Shown in pieces: positions 55,314 to 64,000 of a stretch of DNA of 64,000 nucleotides. The DNA comes from Craspedostauros australis (Eukaryota). The translations under genes and the position numbers were made by a program. Location of the stretch: positions 1-64,000 of the forward strand of contig JALAGF010002089.1 of NCBI GenBank assembly GCA_030167865.1, given 5' to 3'. Each line of letters starts with the position of its first letter. Position 1 is the first letter of the stretch. The notes under the pieces are model-generated. The model was not told the DNA's origin. It saw only the letters and a program-made list of their open reading frames with translations, and searched no databases.

Positions 55314-56839
55314 ATGATGATGAGACTACCATCCAAGGTGTTCCTGGCCTGCGTCGCTGTGCCTGCGATCCTGTCTGGATCCGCCAATGCGTTCACGTCC
55401 ATTTCCGTGACAGGTAGCAGCGCCGCTCTGCGCCAATCTTTCGCAACAACGACAACGGCCGCCCGCGCATCGCTCAAGCCGTACATCGAGACACTGATCC
55501 AAGGCGACCGTCACCTGACGACGGAAGAGACAAAGGCCGCATTCGATGAGATCCTGCAAGGCGCCGATGAGGTGCAGGTCGGTTCGCTGCTGACCTTGAT
55601 GCGCGCACGAGGCGAGACACCAGAAGAGATCGCCGGCATGGTGCAGGCCATGAACGATGCCTGCAATGCGGTGGATCTGGGCGACAAGAAGCTGCTCGAC
55701 ATTGTGGGCACCGGAGGCGATGGTGCCGATACCATCAACATCTCGACGGCCAGCGTGGTGCTGTCGGCCGCCTGCGGTTGCATCGTGGCCAAGGCTGGCA
55801 ACCGCTCCGTGTCGTCGGCCTGCGGATCGGCCGATGTCCTCGAGGCGCTGGGCGTCAAGGTCGATCTCACGCCGGAGCAGGTCGTCAAGTGCGTGGAGGC
55901 CGTCAACGTGGCCTTCATGTTCGCGCCCGTCAACCATCCGGCCATGAAGTACGTTGCGCCCGTGCGCAAGAAGCTCGCCGTGCGCACGTGCTTCAACATC
56001 CTGGGACCCATGACGAATGCGGCCGGTGCGCAGCGCGCTGTCATCGGCGTCTTTCATCCGGAGCTCATGCCGCTCATGGCGGGTGCCTTGAAGTTTGTGG
56101 GACGCGTGGATCATGCCGTCATCATTCATGGTGTTGGTTTGGATGAGATAAGTCCGCTGGGTCCGGCGACTATCCTGGAGGTGAGTGATGTAGTTGTATC
56201 GATGCATGTGAATGTGGATGTGGATGTGGATGTACATGTGCATGTGCATGTGCATGTGCATGTGAATGCGCATGTGGGTGACATCAGTGCGAATGCTGTC
56301 AATGGATGAACTCCTTGGCATGATGAAGGTTGCATGATGCACGGATGGAGCCATCATCTCACCTTTCATTCTCTTTTCGTTTCGAATGTGCTTACATCAC
56401 CATCTTGCGCTGTGTGGCGTGGCAATCACATCAACACCAAAATACCACCATGTCGACATACAAATCAAACGGCGATCCCGACCATGACAAATAGATTAAA
56501 AACACTGCCGCACCAGGCGAACCACGAGTTTACGAAGAAAAGACGTTCGAATTCGATCCAGAATCTGTCGACATCCCCAGGTGCGAACTCATCGACCTGA
56601 AGGGAGGCGGTCCCGAGGAGAACGCGGAGAAGTTCCGTGCCGTGCTGCAAGGTGGAGACCACACCGATGCCAAGAGGGATTCCATCGTGCTTAACGCGGG
56701 TGTGGGTTGCTACGTGTACGGACTCACGGAGACCATCGAGGAAGGCATTGCGTTGGCGCGCAAGACGCTGATCTCCGGTAAAGCGGCGGAGCTGATCGAG
56801 GAATGGGTGGAGACCAGTCAGAAGATTGCGGCAGAGTAA
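55314..56839 (+). CDS. trpD: Plastid-targeted anthranilate phosphoribosyltransferase (2 exons)
   Basis: Presequence ...GSANA|FTS. Exons 55314-56180 and 56495-56839 (GTGAGT...TAG intron). Motifs DIVGTGGDG..TINIST, KAGNRSVSSACGSADVLEALG, HPAMKYV.PVR, RTCFNILGP, GLDEIS, LNAG. Confidence 0.95.
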
Positions 56840-57272
56840 AGCAGCGGCGGGATGTGCGCGCATATCTCACTCTCTGGAGGCGTACCATGCACAATGACGA
56901 AGGGAAGGGCCGTTACTGACATCGGCGCAGCGGCAGCAAACAGGAGCTGAATACTGCAAATACGAGGATACTCTAGTATTCGTGCTAATGATAGCAGTAT
57001 TCAATCGTTGAGGCCACATGCTGTCTCCTTACTTGTCCAGTTTATTACAATGATACTATTCTCTATTGGTGGTATCAATTCAATCATTCCCATCTCATGT
57101 CTCGCATTCTCGGTGGATGATGAGTTCTCACGCTGCACGAGCTCTGCCATTTGCTACCTCTAACTCTGTTGCTCTTGTTTTAGCTGATGTATTGCAACCT
57201 TCACGAACGGAACGGGACGCAACAGCTTTACCCAAGTGCAGCATGAGCTCGACGAGACGCAACGAACCTGCG

Positions 57273-57593
57273 TCACCATCGTTCTCGCACCGAAAAATCA
57301 CTTTTCGCTTCCTTCGCGAAGGCCGACAGAAACCCGGCGACTCCTCGCAGCGGTGGCTTGGGCGGTGCATTCAATGCCGTCTTAGCCTTGGTCGTTGCTG
57401 ATGCTTCTGCTGCCGCTTCGTTCATCAGCTCATCCATCGTCTTGTTCAAATGCTCCGCACTCTGCTTCTGCATTGTCTCGTATCGCTTGCTGCTGCGCAC
57501 GGCAAACTTCTGGAAGCTCTTCGAATTGGCCAAGCCCTTCACGATGATCTCGTTTCCAACATAGTTGGCGATACGTTGGAAGAACTGGCTCAT
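57273..57593 (-). CDS. Small helical protein, probably of a conserved family (106 aa)
   Basis: The N-terminal motif RIANYVGNEIIVKGLANSKSFQKFAVRS resembles, from memory, a small uncharacterised plant/algal family. It is followed by a short coiled coil and a C-terminal amphipathic helix. Confidence 0.75.
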   Translation of the reverse strand: MSQFFQRIANYVGNEIIVKGLANSKSFQKFAVRSSKRYETMQKQSAEHLNKTMDELMNEAAAEASATTKAKTALNAPPKPPLRGVAGFLSAFAKEAKSDFSVRERW

Positions 57594-57968
57594 TGTTGAT
57601 CTCTGCTATTCGCACGAGTATGATGTAGAATAGGAAGGACTCTGGCTCTTGGTGCGATCGATCGTTCGTCTCTCTCTCTCTCTTGTGTTTGATGGTGTCT
57701 TCGTCTCCTCCTCTTGATGCCCTTGTTTTGTTGTTGGGTTTGGGGCGTGTTTTGCGTGCTTTGTGTGTTGGTGGCAACGTGTCTCTTGTTTCGTTCATCG
57801 TGATGCGTTTGGGACTGGATTCTTCGTGTTTCGAATAATTGTTCTTGTTTGTCTTGTATAGTCTTGTTGTACTACGGTCACAGGATAGACAGAAAACGAG
57901 AATCTTATGGTCAAAGTAGTCACATACCTACATTTCAAAAGGTAACGGTTCAACCCCCACAAAAAGAC

Positions 57969-58012
57969 ATTCCCGCACGCGCCAAGCGACACTCGCGGGA
58001 AAACTTCCCGCC
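57969..58012. promoter_or_regulatory. Cluster of E2F-like sites in a divergent promoter
   Basis: ATTCCCGC (57969), CGCGCCAA (57978; rc TTGGCGCG), GCGGGAAA (57995; rc TTTCCCGC) and CTTCCCGCC (58004), all within 44 bp. Confidence 0.4.
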
Positions 58013-58356
58013 ATTTTTTGATGGATCCCACCAATGCCCCCACAAGCCACAAAGACTGAGTATCGTGTTTGTATCAGTGGGATCGTTCATTCGGCATCCA
58101 TCGTGGAAGTAAATTGGCGTGGCTGGTGATTACCATGAAAGCCTGGCGTGGATTGACTGGAGAGCTGCGAGTACTTATGGTACGATTGCCGTGCGCCTTC
58201 GAAGGCACAAGTGAGGAAGTGACGATCGGAATACCGACACTCCACAACTTCTCACAAATCATCACGCACTCCAGTTCTCAACCACCCACGGAACTAGAAC
58301 AAACATACAACGAGTAGTAGAGTCAGAAACGAACTGTCGATCACATCAAGCCAACA

Positions 58357-59007
58357 ATGAGAGGAACGATGCCACCCGCCACACCACCCCAAGCAAGAGC
58401 AGGTCTCGATTCGCCGGACCGATCGCAGTCCACCACGAAGGGCCACGGCGGATCCCCCACAACCGTGCAGGTCGATCTGTCCACCGTCCAGCACAACGAA
58501 CGCCTCCCCGACCTCAAGGACGTCGAACGCGAGATCCAGCTCGTCGTGCGCCGATCCGCCCAATCCAAGGCATCCTACAAATCCAAGCTGGGTCAGCTGT
58601 CGAACGAAGTCAAGGAGCACAATGCGGTGGTGCAGGATCTCGAGGCGGAGCTGCGCCTCGCGACAGAACAGCGGGATCGTCACCAATCGGCGTTGGACCG
58701 GATCAAGAACCGTCGAGAGCACGAGAGCGACACGCTGCAGATGCGACGGTTGAACCTCGACATCATCAAGCTCATTCTGACCATGCCCAATGCCAAATCC
58801 AGATTTGCGAAAGGATTGCCGTACGACGTGTCCCTGGATTCCTCCGTCACGACAGACGTCAAGCAGAAGCGTCGGTTGGAGGTCGTGTACCAAAGATTAC
58901 AGGAATCCAGAAAGCTCACGCAAAGCGAGGACGGTGACAAGGTCATGGAAGGTGAAGAGCTGTGCAGCGAGGCGACGGATGAGTTCCTGCAGCTGAAAGC
59001 AATGTAA
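58357..59007 (+). CDS. Hypothetical coiled-coil protein (216 aa)
   Basis: ACAATG start and coding-like bias. Central heptad region (YKSKLGQLSNEVKEHNAVVQDLEAELRLATEQRD). TP/SP sites in the N-terminus. Confidence 0.75.
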   Translation: MRGTMPPATPPQARAGLDSPDRSQSTTKGHGGSPTTVQVDLSTVQHNERLPDLKDVEREIQLVVRRSAQSKASYKSKLGQLSNEVKEHNAVVQDLEAELRLATEQRDRHQSALDRIKNRREHESDTLQMRRLNLDIIKLILTMPNAKSRFAKGLPYDVSLDSSVTTDVKQKRRLEVVYQRLQESRKLTQSEDGDKVMEGEELCSEATDEFLQLKAM

Positions 59008-59670
59008 TACGATTCCAAGGCACATGTTCGAAGCACATGCGTCGAACAGATTGGTGCCAAGAGATTGGTCTTGAGAGACGTCAGGATCTGTTTGCTGGCG
59101 TTAGTTGGCGCCAGCCAGCGCACTCGTCGGCATACTGTGCTACGAAACATTCGATGCATGGAACATGCATGCATGAGTTCTCTATGCTATTAACTTGAGT
59201 TTGGGATTGTTGGGAGAAACAGAGATCAGCGGGACAATCTGCAACTTGCAAGCCATCTACCTATGACGTCTATAGACAGATGCACATCGTGAAGCATTCA
59301 TATATATATATCAATTAATGCATCAATTAATGCACCAGTCGATCGAAGTCGGCATACCATAGAGCCAAAGGGAAGAGAGGAAGGAGAAGACGAGGAAAGA
59401 AATGGTCCGAAGTATCATAGAATACCATACATGCTGTTGCTCTCGGAATGCTGGATTGCTTGTTGACCCGCACACACACCAATGTGACACGAAGGTACCA
59501 CAGAGTACAACGAAGCAATCGTCTACACGTCATAGAGTAGTAGTACATGTGGTCTTCTATGACTTCTCCTCTCTCAAGTACACTTCTATTATGTCGCACT
59601 TCTAGTATACAATCTGCCAATCACGCACTTGACAAGGCCATGCATTGGACTCATCATGCATCCCTGGCGC

Positions 59671-61311
59671 TCACGCCACCCCAATCGCCACCAAGACAAA
59701 ACTTGCCACCAAACCTCCCAACGCCGAGATGGAGAATGCGACATTCAACATGCTCGCCTGCTTGGAGACGTTGGCGTCACGGATGCGCGTGCTGAGCACC
59801 TTGGGCGCTAATTGAAAGCTGCCCGTGACGAGGTATCCCGACAGGAAGGCGATGCCGCTGACCAGAAAGATCGTCATGTGATCGTCGCCTTGCATCGTGG
59901 AGCTAATGATGAAGAAGAAGACGACGGGGATCAAGCGGAGCAACGAGGTGACGCCGAGGCAGCGGATGCTCCTGGGCGGGATCAGCACCGTGACGATGCG
60001 TCCGACGAAGTCGCTGCCGATTCTGGTGTAGAAGAGGATCTGCGGGAGCTGGAGCCAGTCGGATTTGACCTGGGTGAACCACGAGCCGACGAGGAAGGAT
60101 GGTATGAGCGTGATGATGAGGATGGTGCAACACTGCCACGTGCTTTGCAGCAGCTCCGTGTACGTCAGGTCGGGGCTGACGGAGGATGGCGCGGTGGATG
60201 TCCGAGTAATCTCTTCGTCTTGCCATCCCTCCGTTCGCTGCTGTCCGGGCCGTCCATTGCTCCTGTCGCTGCCATTGTCACTGCCGTCGCCGGTCCCGAC
60301 CACGCTGGACGGAGTCAGAAGCGGCACCAACGCGATGAGGGATGCATCTCTGCGCAGCATGGAGGCGGCGACTTGCGGCCGGTCGATGATGAGCGTCATG
60401 AACATGAAAAAGCACATGCTTTCCAAGACGAGGACGAGGAAGAAGAAGAGATGCAACGAGGCACCGTTGGCGTCGCTTCCAAACCCCGTGATGACGGAAA
60501 GCAGCAGCACGACCAACGCCGAGGACTGTATGCCGGCCGAGACGGCGGCCTTGCACTTGCCGCTCGTGGTCTCCACGAAGGACGCCATCTGATTGAGCGT
60601 GCCGAGCAGGACCGCGCCGCCGATGCCCTGCAAGGTGGCGGCCACGAGCAACTGGAAGAAGGTGGATTGGAATGGGACAAGGACCGTGCCGAATATGGAG
60701 AAGACGAAGCCGGAGACGCCGCGGAAGAGGTAGGTGCGATAGCTCCTGTAGATCTTGTCGAAGTGCTGGTCCCACAGCGCCTGCAGGATGGTGATGGGAA
60801 CCAGCGGGATGTAGACCGCCAGGTTGAGGTAGATGTAGGAATCGGCGTTGTACATCATCATGAAGTACACCAGCGATGACAGCGTCGCGATGTAGCACAG
60901 GGAGCTGCCGAGGCCACTGGCGAAGAACAGGACGAGCTCGATGTTGCTGATTTCTCGCGAGTTCCCGGACGGCGTTGTGCGTCCAGAGCCCTGTCTTGGC
61001 GTCAGCGGGATGGTCAGCGTGTCCACCTGAAGGACCATGGCATCCACGTCCTCGATGTCGACGCCCATGACCATTCCATTCAACGAAGGGTTCATTTCGG
61101 AAGAAGAAGCGGAAGAGTTGGAGGGTATTTGTGAGATGATCTCAGTCCTAGCTGCTGAAGGCGCAGCCGAAGAGACTCTGCCCTGCGTCACTGGCACGTT
61201 GTTCGTGGCCTCATCTTGCACAGCCGCGATCCCATCACTTCCTGCTTCGGCAGATGCAGCCTGGGCACCAGCATCCTGGTTGGTGCAGGTATCTTCTTTC
61301 GTCAGCGGCAT
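59671..61311 (-). CDS. Equilibrative nucleoside transporter (ENT)-like membrane protein
   Basis: About 11 hydrophobic helices with a large loop after TM6. GLGSSLCYIATLSSLVYF (TM1), SAGIQSS and SDFVGR, plus FLSGYL and a terminal GGLVASF, resemble ENT family positions. ATG at 61311. Confidence 0.75.
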   Translation of the reverse strand: MPLTKEDTCTNQDAGAQAASAEAGSDGIAAVQDEATNNVPVTQGRVSSAAPSAARTEIISQIPSNSSASSSEMNPSLNGMVMGVDIEDVDAMVLQVDTLTIPLTPRQGSGRTTPSGNSREISNIELVLFFASGLGSSLCYIATLSSLVYFMMMYNADSYIYLNLAVYIPLVPITILQALWDQHFDKIYRSYRTYLFRGVSGFVFSIFGTVLVPFQSTFFQLLVAATLQGIGGAVLLGTLNQMASFVETTSGKCKAAVSAGIQSSALVVLLLSVITGFGSDANGASLHLFFFLVLVLESMCFFMFMTLIIDRPQVAASMLRRDASLIALVPLLTPSSVVGTGDGSDNGSDRSNGRPGQQRTEGWQDEEITRTSTAPSSVSPDLTYTELLQSTWQCCTILIITLIPSFLVGSWFTQVKSDWLQLPQILFYTRIGSDFVGRIVTVLIPPRSIRCLGVTSLLRLIPVVFFFIISSTMQGDDHMTIFLVSGIAFLSGYLVTGSFQLAPKVLSTRIRDANVSKQASMLNVAFSISALGGLVASFVLVAIGVA

Positions 61312-61752
61312 ATTTGTCACAAGAGGTGCAGTATTAGTCTGGCACCGTACGACTATACTGGACAAGGGATGAATGGATACCAATTCTATGAGCCCAACCA
61401 GATGCTTTGTCGCATTTGGCGGGATCGATGCCGTTGCAATTCTGCATTGTTGGTCGTTACTCGTCGCCAGCCAACCAAAAGTGCCACGTGAGGAAAAAAC
61501 GATCGCAACTGTGGAAGAACTCTCGTGTTCGACACGTGGCCAATCGTGACATGGATGTCGATAAATCTCCTTCTTCGTTGTTCTGCGGGCGCCTCGGCCA
61601 ACTTCAAATTCGAACGGGCATTCTACACAGGGAGACGAGACGCTACGACCATGGATTGTGCTTTCGACTTTCTGCGAGTGGAGAGAGAATGTATGGTATG
61701 ATTATTATTCTCCCAACCCGACTCTCTCTCTCTCTCTCTAGATTATTCTACT

Positions 61753-63910
61753 TTAGGTTGAATCAACATCTTTGTCGCCACTTGCCTTGCTTGTTTCTTC
61801 ATCGGCATCAGCGCCGTCGTCGTTGTTGGCATCACTACCACTGCCGCTGTCGTTGCTGCTTGTATCTTCAACGTTGAGACATCCAGTGCAGGCGCAGACG
61901 TCCGGGTTGCACTTCTTTCCTTTCTGGAAGCAGATGCAATACTTCTTGATGCAACGGGAGCGCACGCAGTTGCAGGCAATCTCGCCTGCGGCCAAGGTCT
62001 TCTTCTCAGTCGCGTCGGTCGGTGAAGTGAATGCCCGTGGATTGCGTGCAAGCAGTGCTTGGATGGCCTGCAATGTACATCGAATGTGGAGGTACGTATG
62101 AAGAGCAAAGGAGAATGAAGGGGCACGTATAATTCGAGTGAGAACATGAGAGAATATGATGTGCAGTCGCTGCCAAAGTGCCATTCGTGCACATTCGTAC
62201 GATCGGACTCACCTTCGTCCTTGCACCGTCTGATCCGCTCTCTTCGACCGTGTTCTTGCAATTCAAGCATGCGCAGGTTATTGGGCAGCAACGGCGGCCA
62301 GCTCTGAAGCAGTCGCAGTACAATGCCAGGCACCTGGATCGTGGACAGGAGCAACCTCTCGGGTTTTCCTTCAACGGGCCCAGGCTGAAGATAGCAGAGC
62401 ACAGCAGATCCATGTTGTCACTCTTTGGTTCTAGGTACGTCTTGATTCTCTTCGCTGGTGGAGCCGCCATGTTCGCCCCGAAGATCCCGGCGACGTCCGA
62501 GGGCACAGCATGCTGTCCGGGTGAAGAATGACTGGATGCCGGCGCGGATAGCGTGGCGGACGTTGATGGGGATGTATCGGCAGTGGAGGACGATGTCGAA
62601 AGGCTTCGTTTGGCGTACGGATTAGAGCCTGCGGACAGCATGGTGTCATTCATCCGCGCCGCGTGTTCAGCCCGTTGGGCAAGTCGTGGCGGGAGCATTG
62701 AGTGGCGTTGCCGATCGCCGAAAGATCCGGTCGGGGTGTGGTACTTGCCGAAGTGTCCGCGATGCTCCATTACGGCAGTGTCGAAGGGATGCGCTGCAGA
62801 GGTTCTATCTCTGCGGTTCTCGTCATGGGTCGCAGATGCTGATGCAGCCATTCTGGACCCTCCCCTCGATGCTGCAGCTGCCCTACGACTGTCGGAAATG
62901 GACTGGTACCGTGTATCTGGTGGTGGGTAGTCGAGGATCCATTGGTTTGGTCCTGCTGTGGCGTAGCCTTGTGAACTCCTCGATGCTTGTGCCCTGACTG
63001 ATGCAGGTAGGGAGGATGGAAGGGGGAGCTCTGAGTGAGCAGCAGCGTGTGCCGACAGGCTGGATGATGCATACGGCGGAGGTCTGTCTGGTGCTACCGC
63101 CGCGATACTGTATTGCTTGCCTTGACGTTTGTGAGTCTGAATGGCGGCTGTCTCGCGAGAACGCCATTCGGAGGCTGACTGGGGTCTCCACGCCAGCTGC
63201 TCTGGCGCTCGCCGCTCCACGTTCGGTTGATGTTTCGACTGGCTGGTGTTGAGACCAGCGTTTGGACGATGAGGGTGATGTTGGTCGCTCAGACCGAACG
63301 CCTGGTGCAAATGAGACCGCTGGTACCGATGTGGATGATGTAGGTCTTGGTGATGATATTGATGCGAGTGCGAATTCTGCTGTTGATGCAAGTTCTGGTG
63401 CTGGTGGACAAAGATCCCCTGTTGTCCAGCGGCGCTCATCTTGTCCGCCATTGTCTGGTGCGCTCGCTCAGTTCTGTTGTTGATGATGGATGCGGATGTT
63501 CCCAGAAGCGCCACTGCCGCATTCATTGCCGCAATATCCTCTGGGACGGACGCCATATTCCTCAAGGTTCCGGGTAACGATGACAACAGCGCCTCCCCAG
63601 CTGCTCCTGCCGTCGTGGACGTTTCCGGCGTCGTTGCTGCCGATGATCTCGCCACTTCGGTCGACCCTGCTTGTACAGCCGTTGTCGCCAGGGGGGCTTC
63701 TGGTGCCGCCGTTGCTGACGATGATGGCAAGTTCTCGTTGGAACGGTATCGGTGGAAGCGAGGTTTGGCGGTGGTGCTGGTGTTGCTGTCGTCGTCGGCA
63801 ATCTCCATCATTGATGTCAGCTCTGATCGATTCCAAGCTTCGATTAAATGAGGAGTGCAAGGCCGATACTGACTTTGGGCGACGAGTTGCAGCGCGGTGA
63901 TGCCCTCCAT
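61753..63910 (-). CDS. Tesmin/TSO1/LIN54-like CXC (CRC) domain protein (2 exons)
   Basis: Exons 63910-62213 and 62067-61753 (GTGAGT...CAG intron, 145 bp). CXC1 GCSCPRSRCLALYCDCFRAG..C....CACLNCKN, hinge AIQALLARNPRAF, CXC2 CNCVRSRCIKKYCICFQKG..C....CACTGCLN. Confidence 0.92.
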
Positions 63911-63932
63911 TTGGTGATGGGCGAGTTACGGT

Positions 63933-63992
63933 GCGTTGCGTTGCGTTGCGTTGCGTTGCGTTGCGTTGCGTTGCGTTGCGTTGCGTTGCGTT
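63933..63992. repeat. (GCGTT)12 microsatellite immediately upstream of the CXC gene start
   Basis: Twelve perfect units beginning 23 bp from the ATG at 63910. Confidence 0.97.
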
Positions 63993-64000
63993 GGGTTGGA

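Overview
Eukaryotic nuclear DNA, most likely from a diatom or a related stramenopile alga. This is inferred from seven genes with bipartite signal + ASAFAP-type plastid presequences, GT-AG introns of 145-370 bp and compact gene spacing. I can support about 26 protein-coding genes. Recognisable ones: DDX23/PRP28 helicase, a GDA1/CD39 NTPDase, a BTB/POZ protein, a class I SAM methyltransferase, a glutathionyl-hydroquinone reductase next to two tandem WrbA-type quinone reductases, an HHL1-like plastid protein, a large membrane protein with three 131-aa bacterial-like repeats, a bacterial-type UDP-galactopyranose mutase with an N-terminal membrane anchor, a plastid EF-P with a non-canonical ARG loop, plastid trpD, an ENT-like transporter and a tesmin/TSO1 CXC protein. 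I recognised no rRNA, tRNA, CRISPR array or intact transposon. The most interesting signals are the three-gene quinone-handling cluster (38.1-43.1 kb), the membrane-anchored UGM, the EfpL-like plastid EF-P, an unassigned strongly self-complementary intergenic region (11.55-12.05 kb) and a Pro-rich protein with an exact 44-aa basic repeat. All family calls come from motifs recognised by eye; no database search was run.
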